64,000 nt of DNA from contig OX597816.1 in the NCBI GenBank assembly GCA_951406725.2, forward strand, positions 113,770,001 through 113,834,000, read 5' to 3'. Origin of the DNA: Octopus vulgaris. Lineage: Eukaryota. A program made the translations under genes and the position numbers. Below the pieces are notes generated by a model. It worked only from the letters and a program-made list of their open reading frames with translations, made no database searches and had not been told where the DNA came from. Every line of letters starts with the position of its first letter. Position 1 is the first letter of the stretch. Shown here piece by piece: positions 1 to 12,373 of this stretch.

Positions 1-1792
1 CTGAGTTAATAGAAGCTACCCAATAAATTATACTCTATCCACAGTTCTACATTTTTTTAGTTTTTGTTTTTAAATCATTAGCTCTGTCAAAATCCAAACA
101 ATAACGTTGAAAAGTATTTATCAATTTGTTTCTTGATATTGTACATGACGTTTAGTGACAGTAACTATCTTTCTTCTCTAAAACTAGATTTATGGAAATA
201 TTCCCTCCTATTTAATAATATAGACAATGCTTACTAACTATTATACTTTTCTCATTCTTCTGATCTTCGAAATTATTGTATAGGATATATGATTCAATCT
301 TTATATTAATAAGAGTTTTTTTACTTCGTTTATTCTTATTCATAATTGGAAGAGATGATTCATAGTATCACACTATATAACTGGGGTGCCTTCTCAAAGA
401 TATATGTAGTTGGAGACTGTTAAGTAGAGATATAGATAAAATAATTAGAAGTAGATAAAGAGAAAGAGAGAAAAACCTGATTGAAAATCAAAAGAACAAG
501 TATTAATTTTATTTTATAAAACCTCTTGATAATTTCATTCACCAAATAAAACATTTGATTGTTATCCAGCCATTTCTATCAGTGCTTGAAAGTCACTTCT
601 GCCAGTTTATGATGAGTACTTATTCTTATTTTTCATGATAATTCTTACATTTAACTAGAAATTTACTGTAGAAAACCTCCACTAAAGAGTTTAAAATATG
701 CTTGAGGATATTATTTCCAATGATTCAGTTAGAAAGAAAATGTCACTCTAATCAATCCAAGAGAGAAATAGATTGAATTTTTCCATTTTTAATATCCTTT
801 TATCAATCAAAATAAACAAAGAAAAATGTAATATCAAACATGTGATTATTTTTTCTTGATATCTTTATTAAAACTTTTTAATATCTTCAACTTATTTTTT
901 CCCCCCATTAGTTACATAGCCAACTTAACTAGTTTTAATTTTATTATAATGCATTCTTGATTTATGATATAATTATAATATTAAGAAATATGTTAATTAA
1001 TTTCAAAAATTGATTGAATGCTAATGAAAGAATTTTCGGAATATGCTTAACATCCTTCCCACTTCCACCTTAGGTGGAAAGGATAATTGCTAGATTTATG
1101 GAAATATCTAAAATATTATGGTTGTATAAAACAGCAATGGTATTTCATGATTTGAAAATGGTTTAACTTTAGAATTCTATAAATTTTAGATTAAATATTA
1201 GATGCTCATATCATATGCATATTTAAGCTCTTTCTTTGGGGTTCTGAAGTTCTGAAAAATAGATTTGTTGTTAATTTTTAGATATTGAAAGATATAAGAT
1301 AGGAAAAATTTCATGATTTATATTTAAGAAACAGCTAAGATTAAATTCTTTTGAGAAGTAAACATTTGCAACATTTGGAGCTGTTATATCCTAAAGTTTC
1401 AAAAGAAATGTGATGAAATAATCATGCTAACTGCAATCAAACCTCAATTTAATGTGTGTTTATATTATCTTATAAGGATTCAATCAAAAGATGAATGACA
1501 GCTCTCATGCGCTTTTTTAAGGGCCTCCAAAACTAATGGTTGATGAGAACTAAAACTTATTGGTTATCTACAGACAGGAGACTCAGTCTAAAAGTTTTGG
1601 ACACTGCAAAATGCACCAAATGGCTAAGTGGTGGTGGTGGTGGTGTTAAAGTGGGTAAAGAATTTAGTTGATCACCAAGAGCAGGAACAATCCTTCTGAT
1701 AGGCTTCCATATAGTTTCCATGAATTTAATTTTTCTTACAAGACTTGGGTTAACCTGAAGAAGACACACATGGTTATGTAAAGAGATTAAAC

Positions 1793-2023
1793 CAGTGATT
1801 CTCAGTTGGGAGTCCACATAAGACTTTGTTGTTAAGATGTATATGCAATAAATTGGGTATACTTCTACATTATACAAAATATTTTAACAATGTTTTTTTT
1901 ATATAATTCCTAATAATATTTAAATATACAATTTTTATGAACATTGAGTAGTTAGGAGGGTCCATCTGAGTAAAACAGGAATCAGAGGGGTCCATAGGCC
2001 AAAAAAATGGTTAAGAAACACTG
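1793..2023. mobile_element. hAT-type MITE
   Basis: Termini CAGTGATTCTCA...TTAAGAAACACTG (imperfect TIR); perfect 8-bp target-site duplication GATTAAAC at 1785-1792 and 2024-2031. Confidence 0.85.
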
Positions 2024-2723
2024 GATTAAACAAACACTGCAAGGTATTTCCTGGTATATTTGATATTCATTATTCTATGACAAACTGCTCTGCTTTATGT
2101 TAATCATCTAGCGTGTATCATCCCTAAAATGTTGCCAAGCTGAGAGAATGAATTTCTGCTTCTATCTTTTCACAGAATATTGTATCATTGCCTTTATATG
2201 TAGGAAGTATATATTTCATAAAAAATTAACAAGAACTGATAAAGTCTTTTAGTCATTCTATTCTAAATATACACACTGAAAATGATGCACTAAACTGGTG
2301 ACAATTACAAATTACATTTCATTGATACAAGTTCACATTTTTACATTATTATATTTTCTTCTGTCTTGTTTCAAGATAGATATAAAATTCAAATATTCTC
2401 AGGAACAAATGCTTTGAAGACAGTTTTCTTTGTATAATTATTAAGTTTTATTTATATATTTTAAGTATTTCACTCACAGTTAATAATCTAATAGCAAATT
2501 TCAGCTAATTATCACATAACATTTTGGGAATAGCATCTCTGAACTCTCTTTTACTAGAATATATTTGTTTTCAATACAAATGATTAAAATTTATTGAATT
2601 AATATCCATTATTAAAAGGCATCTGGTATAATGTTTCTCTAAAGTTTTAGTTTCAATTATGAAAAAATATTTCAAGTAACTTTATTGTTGTTAATTAGCT
2701 ACTCCTTCCCATGCATTTTCTTT

Positions 2724-2960
2724 AGCAGCAAATTGGCAGAGTCATTAAAGTATTGAACCACTTCACAGCATTTGTTTGGACTCTTTACATTATGAGTTCA
2801 AATTTTACCGAGGTTCACTTTGTCTTTCATCCTTAGGAAGCTTTGCAGCATGTCATTGTTTTAGGGTGAACAAAAAAAAGTACCAATCCAAGGCACTGAT
2901 TTCATGGAACTTGCAGTATTTGTTCCAACTCTTTACCTTCTGAGTTCAAATCCTGCCATG
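2724..2960 (+). mobile_element. Degenerate Meta-core-type SINE (two partial copies)
   Basis: TGAGTTCAAAT...GAGGTT(C/G)ACTTTG(T/C)CTTTCATCCTT core shared with copies at 6930, 34990 and 35218. Confidence 0.6.
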
Positions 2961-2999
2961 GCCTGCTTGAGTGTTACTTAACCTGACCCCTGGTTTAAC

Positions 3000-3495
3000 T
3001 CTAGCACCATGAGTGCCTGTAACAGAGTGCACCCTGTTGCAAGCATTTGGCCCATATTTCCAGTGTGAAAATACATTCCTCCTTGCTATCTTACAGGCTC
3101 TGTAATGTCTCTCTGTTGACAGCTTTCAGAACATCTTGAAACAACTGATGCCTATGGCCTTCTCTGGCTTCTCCTTCATCCTGATAGCTTCCATCTCGTT
3201 ACTGCTGTTAAATATCAATGATCTGACTGCCTCAGCACATTGTCAGCCCATTGCATTCTTCATTCTTTTACCAAATTCTGGATTCTTTGCAATGACTCTC
3301 TTATGACTTCTTCATTATTGACATGGTGCAGGAGTGGCTGTGTGGCAAGTAGCTTGCTTACCAACCACATGGTTCTGGGTTCATTCCCACTGCGTGGAAC
3401 CTTGGGCAAGTGTCTTCTACTATAGCCTCGGGCCGACCAAAGCCTTGTGAGTGGATTTGGTAGACAGAAACTGAAAGAAGTCCATCGTATATATG

Positions 3496-3526
<31 letters not shown>

Positions 3527-3970
3527 TTGTATGTTTGTGTGTCTGTGTTTGTACCCCCAACATTGCTTGACAACCAATGGTGGTGTGTTTGCGTCTACGT
3601 AACTTAGTGGTTTGGCAAAAGAGACCGATATAATAAGTACTAGGCTTACAAAGAATAAGTCCTTGGGTCAATTTGCTCGACTAAAGGCGGTGTTCCAGCA
3701 TGGCCACAGTAAAATGACTGAAACAAGTAAAAGAGTAAAAGAGAGAGAGTATTACTGGGGTAAAAATTCCTACAACTTTCTTCAAGCACCTCTGATGAAT
3801 GAGAGCCAACATTTCATGAGATTCACAGCTCTCTTTAATATCTTGCTTGTATTTATAACCATTGGTAGTCCAATGTTATTGTAAAGATAGATCTTGATGT
3901 TAGTGATCAGTGTATTCGTGAACCAGATTTTGTATGTTTGTCATTCAAACTTGCTCTTGTGCAAATTAAA
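3000..3970 (-). pseudogene. Old degenerate RTE-clade LINE 3' fragment, split by a SINE
   Basis: Minus-strand translation KKVVGIF..[SINE]..HVNNEEVIRESLQRIQNLVKE*RMQWADNVLR...W..G*RRSQRRP resembles the RTE C-terminal pattern (RKILGI.W.D.V.NEEV...RL.W.GHV.R...GRP). Confidence 0.55.
3327..3746 (+). mobile_element. tRNA-derived bipartite SINE (family A) with internal microsatellite
   Basis: A box TGGCTGTGTGG, B box GGTTCATTCCC, ACCTTGGGCAAGTGTC motif, internal (TA)n(TG)n, tail GAAACAAGTAAAAGAG; about 10 copies in this window. Confidence 0.85.
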
Positions 3971-3977
3971 TTAACGT

Positions 3978-4224
3978 GCAAGTGGCATGTAAAAAACACC
4001 ATTTGAGTGTGGCGGTTGCCAGTACCTCCTGACTGGTCCTCGTTCCAGTGGCACATAAAAGTACCCACTACACTCTCAGAGTGGTTGGCGTTAGGAATGG
4101 CATCCAGCTGTAGAAACTCTGCCAGATCAGATTGGAGCTTGGTGCAACCATCTGGTTTGCCAGACCTCAGTCAAATCGTCCAACCCATGCTAGCATGGAA
4201 AGAGGACATTAAACGATGATGATG
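3978..4224 (+). mobile_element. RTE 3'-UTR-only element (short copy of the 31.2-kb LINE 3' end)
   Basis: Matches 34700-34900, including GCATCCAGCTGTAGAAA and CCCATGCTAGCATGGAA, with an (ATG)n tail. Confidence 0.8.
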
Positions 4225-6209
4225 TTTATGTCTTATTGCTATTCTGATTCTGCATATGACATCACTTACCCACAATGACAGAGCATTGCCAAGACAGTGA
4301 ATCAGTATTATTGTTATAAATCAGAAAATAAATCAGATACATGTATGAAAATGAGGCAGACTATAATATTGCCTATATTAATGAAACTGAGGAGTGCCTG
4401 CAATATTTGGAAAAATGTTATATCATCTGCACGAAAGAAGCATAAGAACTACTTGAATAATGAAAATGGAGTGAGAAAGGATTGTAAGCTGGTAGGTGGT
4501 AGTTGATAATCAAAGTTATAGAATATAGTTAAAATCAATTAAAGAATATTATAGGTAACTGAGTAAATTACTAAAGACTACAAGTGACTGGAGAGAAACA
4601 ACTTCAGAATGGTTGAACCAACTTCAATATGACTATATATAAGAATTATGCTTGGAAGTAAAATATAACAAGTGAAAACTCTAAACTATTTCTTTGAGCA
4701 GTGAAACAGTAGAATCTAAAGAAATTAGTGATGGTCAGCATTGCCAAATTGCCAAGTAAAAATTTTCATAATTTTATGATATGTGCAGGAAGAAAAGTTA
4801 AGGGTTTTGGGTGAAATCCTTCTGTGGAGAGATGGAATGTTTTCTGAGGTTACAACATAAATGGATTTATCTAGTTATCCAACAACACCAATAAACACTC
4901 ATCTCTTTCTCTCTCTTCTCCCCCTTTCTCTACTCCCTCTATGTCTCTTTCTCTCTCCTGCTAATGAAGATTTTTGTTTGGAACATTAGACTTCTTCATG
5001 GCATAAAATCTATTCCATGGTATTACCTTTATGTATTTCTTTGATTAATCTAGCTAAGAAGAAAAAAAAAGCAGTTGGTAATGTAATAATCTAGTCTATG
5101 AACACATCTAAATCTGATATTTTCAAACAAATCTGCACTTCCCTAGCTACAAATGATTTGAATATTACAGTACACAGTAAATAGCAAAGATTATTCAATA
5201 ACTGCCATTAAAATTATATTAGGAAAATGCTGGTAGAAACTGAATATACAATGATAAACATTAGAAGGTAAATAGTGTATGTTGTGTTGGATCAAAAGGA
5301 TATTTCAATACTGAAATATGAAAAAAAAAAATAAGACAAACTAGAATTGATCTAAAGGAAAGCAAAAACAAAAATAAGTAAACAAAAATAGTTGTTATTG
5401 TAATGAGGATCATTAACTGTCTTTACAAAGGAATTTGGAAACTTTCTTTTTGAAAAGGGGCTAATCGAATGTCAAATCATGGAAAAGGTTTGCTGCAAAA
5501 AATAAAAGCACTAAAAATATTAGTTATGTGAGAATATAGGAAGATGGTGGATAAAAGAAAGATAGCTTTGGTGTTAGTATTAAAGCAGCTACTCTTGCTA
5601 GTAATGATCATATTATAAAGTAATATCCTTTGCTTAATCTGATATTTTCTAATATTTTTTCTTCTAACTGGTCTTTTAGTTGCAAAAATTTTCTTTAGAA
5701 TCTGCTTATGTAATTTCTAAATCTTGGTTCTAATCTACAATATTTTACCATCCTTCTTTCAAAGTAATTTAAAACTTTTTATTTTTATTTGATATTTTTG
5801 ATAATTTCTTCTCAAATCGAACTACCTTGAAGACATTCATCAGAATGAATATATTTACATAATAAATTGTAATTGAACTCCATGTTAATATTTTTTTTTT
5901 CTTCTATTAACCAATCTTTGAAAACATACAGCTGATTAATGCATTAAACACTAGCTAAAGAAATTTTAGATGTTAAGTCTTCTACTGGAGTAGTTAGCCA
6001 TTTGAAAATGTTTTATGATCTGTTATCTAAAGTAATTAATATAATGTTCATTTTGAAAACTATTTCCTTGTATATAATGTGAAATTAATGTTATTTTTTT
6101 TTTTTATCTAAATCACAAGGAAAGCATAATTTTTCATATTTTAATTAAAAACGTTTTTTTTTCAAGCCATAATTAGTCAGTGTGACATAATGGAATATGA
6201 CAGCTATTT

Positions 6210-6268
6210 AGTAGTAGTAGTAGTAGTAATAGTAGTAGTAGTAGTAGTTGTTGTTGTTGTAGTAGTAT
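6210..6268. repeat. (AGT)n/(GTT)n microsatellite
   Basis: Direct reading. Confidence 0.9.
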
Positions 6269-6466
6269 GAATCATTTCTTCCCCATCAGTAATGAGCAAG
6301 GTACTGAATATGTTAAAGTACTTCAGACATGACTTGTTACTGCCCGTCTCGTATTTCTTCGGGTGCCCTTTCATTGAATGCTGTTTTCACACACAACTAA
6401 ATCAGCATAGACTTCTTTGTCTTATAATTTCTCCCAGTAAGAGATTTCTGGCTAAGAGTCTTTTAA

Positions 6467-6674
6467 TCCTTTAGCATTTAAGCCGTTCATATCTGACCCA
6501 AATATTCTAGCTGTTTTAATGTTCAAACAGGGCAGATCCAGCATTTCACACTAAGCTTACAATGTCATTCTTAAAATAAATAAATCTCATAGCTGCAAGA
6601 CAATGCATGATTAATTCAAAATAACGTAAATCAATAAGCATTACATTTGACAGAGGAAGCTGAATGCTAAAGGG
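6467..6674. mobile_element. piggyBac-type MITE, family 1
   Basis: TTAA|TCCTTTAGCATT...AATGCTAAAGGG|TTAA; second copy near 42420-42642. Confidence 0.8.
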
Positions 6675-6705
6675 TTAAAGCAGATCTATCTAATTGTAGC
6701 ATTAA

Positions 6706-6912
6706 TCCTTTTGATACCACCTCTTGCTCTGTCGTACAAATGGCTTGTTTTCAAAGGTTTCAAATCAAAATCTTCCACCAAACCTTAGTCACAATTTATG
6801 TTCCTAACACTAGCTTAATGATTACTAAGTTGTTTTTCTAAATTCTTTGTTATATTTAAAATTAATTGAAAGAAACATAGTGCATCTCAACAGAAATATG
6901 GAAACAAAAAGG
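6706..6912. mobile_element. piggyBac-type MITE, family 2
   Basis: TTAA|TCCTTTTG...CAAAAAGG|TTAA; internal sequence matches 21040-21261. Confidence 0.8.
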
Positions 6913-6929
6913 TTAATATTTTAAGTGAG

Positions 6930-7135
6930 GTAAAGATGGTGAATTGGCAGAATTGTTAGCATGCTGGCAAAATGCTTAGCAGCAATTCATCTGTCTTTAC
7001 ATTCTGAGTTCAAATTCTGCTGAGGTTCCGAGTTCTATTCCACTGAGGTTGATTTTGCCTTTCATCCCTTCAGGATCAATTAAATTAGTACAGTAGAACA
7101 CTGACGATGATGTAATCAACTTATCCCCTCCTTTT
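6930..7135 (+). mobile_element. Meta-core-type SINE
   Basis: TGGCAGAATTGTTAGC head, GAGTTCAAATTC B box, GCCTTTCATCCCTTCAGGATCAATTAAATTAGTAC core resembling the MetaSINE central domain (recalled). Confidence 0.7.
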
Positions 7136-7226
7136 AAGTGATGCACTCTGGATTTTTAACAACTACACTCTTAATTTCACTAGCCTTGATCAACAGAAAT
7201 GTAAACATTTTCAGACATATTCAGGT

Positions 7227-8047
7227 ATAGGAGTGGCTGTGTGGTAAGTAGCTTGCTTGCGAACCATATGGTTCTGGATTCAGTCCCACTGCATGGCACC
7301 TTGGGCAAGTGTCTTCTACTATAGCTTCAGGTCGACCAAAGCCTTGTGAGTGGATTTGGTAGACGGAAACTGAAAGAAGCCCGTCATATATATGTATATA
7401 TATATGTATGTGTGTGTATGTGTTTGCCGATGCATTGATTGAGTTCCTACAGCTGGTCTTCGTCATCGCCTGAATCTCCAGCCCCTCCCTTCAGTGCTTC
7501 TACAACGGTGCTTAAGGTGGTTCGGTCATGCAGCCTGGTGTCCAGAGGATGAGCTGATTCGCGATGTCCTCCTCCCACCTCCACTTCCTAGCTGACACAA
7601 ACGCACGGGCGGACAGCTGAAGACCTGGGCAACGACGATAAAGGAGGACCTCTCCGAACTCTCAGGTCCGTAGGTGGTCTGTCTGTGCAGATGGAACCGT
7701 GAATGGCTTGCTATCTCCAGTGACCTCGCACAGGACCATCGAGTGTAGATGCCATGGTTAGTGATGCCATCAGGACCAGAGAAGAAGTTGGCTCAACCCA
7801 CCCTGGGTGAACGCTGTCACAAGTAAAAGTACAAGTAAGTGTATGTGTTTGTGTGTCTGTGTTTGTCCCCTCAACATCGCTTGACAACCGGTGCTGATAT
7901 GTTTATGTCCCCGTAACTTAGTGGTTTGGCAAAAGAGAACGATAGAATAAGTACTAGTCTTACAAAGAATAAGTCCTGGGGGCGATTTGCTCTACTAAAT
8001 GTGGTGCTCCAGCATGGCCACAGTCAAATGGCTGAAATAAGTAAAAG
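7227..8047 (+). mobile_element. Family A SINE interrupted by an RTE insertion
   Basis: 5' half 7227-7426 and 3' half 7839-8047 are colinear with 3327-3746. Confidence 0.85.
7427..7838 (+). mobile_element. 5'-truncated GC-rich RTE LINE (different family from the 31.2-kb element)
   Basis: Translates to LLQRCLRWFGHAAWCPEDELIRDVLLP...GGQLKTWATTIKEDL...LAQDHRV with stops; CAAGTA-repeat tail; 13-bp TSD GTGTATGTGTTTG at 7414-7426 and 7839-7851. Confidence 0.85.
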
Positions 8048-8181
8048 GGTATATCTTTCAAACTAAAAATATACTCTAGCTGTTGAATAGGGAATAATTC
8101 ACAGAATTTTTTCTGTAGGAGACCTAGCTCTCTAAAGCATGGGATAAAAACAATTATCTGATTGATCATTCTCTGGTCATT

Positions 8182-8845
8182 TCTTTTATCTTTTATTCTT
8201 TTACTTGTTTCAGTCATTTGACTGCAACCATGCTGGAGCACCACATTAAAAGGTTTCAGTCAAAAATATTGACCCCCAGGACTTTTCTTTTTAAAGCCTA
8301 GTACTTACTCTATCAGTCCCTTTGCTGAACCACTAAGTTACAGGAACGTAAACACACCAGCACTGGTTGTCAAGCAGTGATGGATGGACAAGCAGACATA
8401 AATACACACACTTAGATATATAGATATATGCATGCATACATACATATATAAATATGTATAGTCTTTTACTTGTTTCAGTCATTTGACTGCAGCCATGCTG
8501 GAGCACCGCCTTTAGTCGAGTAACTCGGCCCCGGGACTTATTCTTTGTAAGCCCAGTACTTATTCTATCAGTCTCTTTTGCCGAACCGCTAAGTGATGGG
8601 GACAGCAATGGTTGTCAAGCAATGCTAGGGGGACAAACACAGACACACAAACACACACACACACATACACATACATATATATATACATATATACGATGAG
8701 CTTCTTTCAGTTTCCGTCTACCAAATCCACTCACAAGGCCCGAGGCTATAGTAGAAGACACTTGCCCAAGGTGCCATGCAGTGGGACCGAACTTGGAACC
8801 ATGTGGTTGGTAAACAAGCTACTTACCACACAGCCACTCCTGCGC
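8182..8845 (-). mobile_element. Two tandem family A SINE copies (3' half at 8182-8460; near-full copy at 8462-8845)
   Basis: Reverse complements of 3327-3746. Confidence 0.85.
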
Positions 8846-9419
8846 CTATATATTATATTATATATATATATATTATATATATAATATATATATGGGTTTG
8901 GTTACTCTACATTGAAACTAGTCTGTTGATGCCAAACCAGCAAGAGGAAGCTGTTGATCTCCCCTGTTCAAAGGTTATAATGGACACAGGTTCATGTGTT
9001 TACATAGCTAGCTAGAGGCGATGGCCTCTTGGAGCTAATCAATGGCAGCATTCATCCTATTTTCCTGGACTGCTGTGTTAGCTTGGCGATAACTATTAAT
9101 ATATACAAATTAAAATCCAGGAAAAGGAGAAGTAGTGTTAATATAATTTATTAATGCTACCTCTCCATTTTCTGTATTTTAATTTTAATATTTATAAACT
9201 AAGATTTATATTTAGACCAACTATTTTAGAAATATTACTTTACACAACAAAATAATAGTTAACAGACCAGTATTTCCTTGAATATTTTATATCCCTTAAG
9301 GTGTTTTTTAAAACTCTATTTACAGTGATACAGAAAATGGAATCATCTTCATGGGTTTCTTTACCCACATCTTCTTTCTTTGAGTTGAAATACTCAAGGA
9401 AAGCTTGTTTCAGAGCAGG

Positions 9420-9732
9420 TGTGTGCAACACTTTGAGCGAGTGTCATTTACTAAACCTCGAGCTGACCAAAGCCTTGTGAATGAATTTGGTAGACAGAAC
9501 TGAAAGAAGCCTGTCGTGTGTGTCTTTGTGTCTGTATTACTCCCCCTCCATCATCACTTCACAACCAGTGTTAATGTGTTCCTGTCGTTGTAACTTAGTA
9601 GTTTGCCAAAAGAGACCAATAGAATAAGTACCAGACTTAAAAAATAAGTACTGGGATCGATTTATTTGACTAAAAAAATTGAAGACGGTGCTCCAGCATG
9701 ACTGCAGTTAAATGACTGAAACAAATAAAAGA
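9420..9732 (+). mobile_element. 5'-truncated family A SINE
   Basis: GACCAAAGCCTTGTGA...GGTGCTCCAGCATG...GACTGAAACAAATAAAAGA. Confidence 0.75.
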
Positions 9733-9997
9733 ATATGTAATATTTATGTGAGAGTATGATATGTAATACTCAGAAAACAAACAGCAGTTACCAATGGGCA
9801 GAAACAATTGTTGTACTTTGTGATTAAAGCCTGTTCAATCCATCTTCTTGCTTTATAAATTTCCTTTTATATGTGTTTTTGTGTATGTATGTCTGTGGAT
9901 GTATGAGTGCGTGTATGTGTGTCTGCATGTGCATGTTTGTGTGTGTTTGTGCATGAGTGCATGGTTGTACAAGCGTGCATATGTGTGTGTGTGTGTA

Positions 9998-10595
9998 GGC
10001 TTGTGGCTTAGTGGTTAGGGTGTTGTACTCAAGATCATAAGACTGTGGCTTTGATCTCTTGGCAAGTTGGTGTACTCTGTTCTTCCGTAACATACTTCAT
10101 TTTCATGGAGGTGCAGAAGCCCATAGGTTAGGGGAGTGGACTTGTGGTCTTAGGATCATGGTTTCGATTCCCAGACTGGGCCTTGTAAGTGTTTATTGAG
10201 CAAAAATATTTAAAGCTCCATGAGGCTCTGGCGGGGGATAGTAGTGAACCCTGCTGTACTCTTTCACCACAACTTTCTCTCACACTTTCTTCCTGTTTCT
10301 GTTGTACCTGTATTTCAAAGGTCCAGCCTTGTCACACTCTGTTGTCATGCTGAATCTCCCCGAGAACTACATTAAGGGTACATGTGTCTGTGGAGTGCTC
10401 AGCCACTTGCATGTTAATTTCACGAGCAGGCTGTTCCATTGATTGGATCAACTGGAACCCTCGTCGCTGTAACCAATGTAGTGTCACTTCTTTTCTTATT
10501 GCTCCAGTACACACAGCCAGCAAAATGAGCAATCCATTGGCAGGAAACTGGCCTTATGACCCCATGGCTTGTGAAGGGTCTTGGTCCTTTGTTTT
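9998..10595 (+). mobile_element. tRNA-derived SINE (family C) split by a family B SINE
   Basis: Head GGCTTAGTGGTTAGGG at about 10005; body resumes at TTGCTCCAGT near 10499; colinear with minus-strand copies at 26660-26825 and 41625-41865. Confidence 0.65.
10106..10490 (+). mobile_element. tRNA-derived SINE (family B)
   Basis: tRNA-like head with B box GGTTTCGATTCCC; the first ~190 bp match the reverse complement of 26235-26430. Confidence 0.75.
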
Positions 10596-10597
<2 letters not shown>

Positions 10598-10644
<47 letters not shown>

Positions 10645-11100
10645 ATAAGCTGATGAAACTAACAAAGATACCAGACTTCATAAAGAATTCTATGAATGTA
10701 GGAGTTTATACATGCATACATGCATAAATACGTAGGTATCTGTCTTTATATATATGTAGATACACAGATATAGATTAGATAGAAAGGCTGATAAACTGAT
10801 GTATGTATATATGTATGTATGTATGTATATTGATATGTACAATACACATACATGCATACATACACACACACATATATATAGGTAGATATGTATAATACAT
10901 ATATATATATATATGTATATACATATATATATATAATACATATATATATGTATATACATATATATATGTATATACATATATATATATATATATATAATAC
11001 ATATATATATGTATATACATATATATATATAATACATATATATATGTATATACATATATATAAATATAAACACACACACACACACATATATATATATATG
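10598..11100. repeat. Compound (TA)n/(TACA)n/(CA)n microsatellite region
   Basis: Direct reading; source of the Y/I/C-rich spurious ORFs. Confidence 0.9.
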
Positions 11101-11581
11101 CATAAACTCCCATTTTTAGAGAATTCTATATGGAATCTGTTATCTTTGATAATTTCATCAGCTCATTGATATCACAGCTGCTATCTGCGTTTCATATTGT
11201 TCATTATAAAAATAAAGATAAAATTCAAAATATGAAGAAATGTTTTATACAATAAACAAGAAACCTCTTTGACGTAATTTAATTAGACATGTAGAATATA
11301 TATCTACACTTTTTATATTTTTGCAGCTGCTACAAAAATAATAGGCATCTTCTTTTACAAATTGAGAGTAGCTGCTACAATACTGACAAGCTTTAAAATT
11401 TGAAGGGGAATTAAATTGGTGTCTTAGGTTCTTCATACTGTACCCTTAATATATGAACAAATAAGTTTCTTTCTAAATTGTGATTTTTTTTTTTTAACAA
11501 AATGACTTATTTTGTAAGAGGGCAAAATGGTATATGGAATCAGATTGATTCTTGGATTTTCCAGACTTGTTTTCAGAAATA

Positions 11582-11795
11582 TCAGTTTCAAATTTTGGTA
11601 CAATGCTACTAAGTTCAGTGGAGGGGATAAGTTGATTACATTGATCCCCAGTGTTCAACTGGTGTTTATTTTATTGACCCTGAAAGGATGAAAGGCAGAA
11701 TCAACCCCAGCAGCATTTGAACTCAGAATATAAAATTGGACAAAATACCAGGCATTTTTCCAGGTGAGCTAACATTTCTGCCAGCTTACCACTTC
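11582..11795 (-). mobile_element. Meta-core-type SINE
   Basis: TTTATTGACCCTGAAAGGATGAAAGGC is the reverse complement of the core. Confidence 0.7.
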
Positions 11796-11877
11796 TTATT
11801 TTAGAAATATCAATGTTTGAAAGAAAACTCAATCCCAGTGAGATATGTCATGACCAGCAACTTCTCATCTCTATATG

Positions 11878-12041
11878 AGATGAGTAGCTGTGTGGTTAGT
11901 AGCTTGCTTACAAACTACATGGTTCCGTGTTCAGTCCCACTGTATGGCACCTTGGGCAAATGTCTTCTACTATAGCCTCGGGCCAACCAAAGCCTTGTGA
12001 GTGGATTTGGTAGACAGAAACTGCAAAAAGCCTGTCGTATG

Positions 12042-12081
<40 letters not shown>

Positions 12082-12350
12082 CACGCGTGCATATGTGTGT
12101 GCACATGCATGTGTGTGTGTGCGTGTGTGTGTGTGTATGTGTGTTTGTGTGTCTGTGTTTGTCCCCCCAACTTCGTTTGACAACTGATACTGGTGTGTTT
12201 ACATCCCTGTAACTTAGTAGTTCAGCAAAAGAGACCGATAGAATAAGCACTAGGCTTACAAAGAATAATTCCTAGGGATGATGTGCTCAACTAAATGCGG
12301 TGCTCCAGCATGGCCACAGTCAAATGACTGAAACAAGTAAAAGAGAATAA
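11878..12350 (+). mobile_element. Family A SINE
   Basis: Full colinearity with 3327-3746; expanded internal (TG)n. Confidence 0.85.
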
Positions 12351-12373
12351 ATATATATATATATATGTCTATA

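Noticed and set aside
1074-1139. Candidate 66-nt exon VERIIARFMEISKILWLYKTAM (also candidates at about 9326-9418 and 53305-53324)
   Set aside because: Splice-like signals only; no recognisable homology or consistent phase chain.
3327-3395. SINE heads as tRNA genes
   Set aside because: A and B boxes are present but there is no complete cloverleaf, and they run directly into SINE bodies.
3260-3671. Recurrent ORFs containing RGYSRRHLPKV or PEAIVEDTCPR
   Set aside because: Antisense translations of the family A SINE, repeated at every copy.
4955-5000. Hammerhead-like remnants (also near 16355-16392)
   Set aside because: Core boxes and stems are too degenerate to call.
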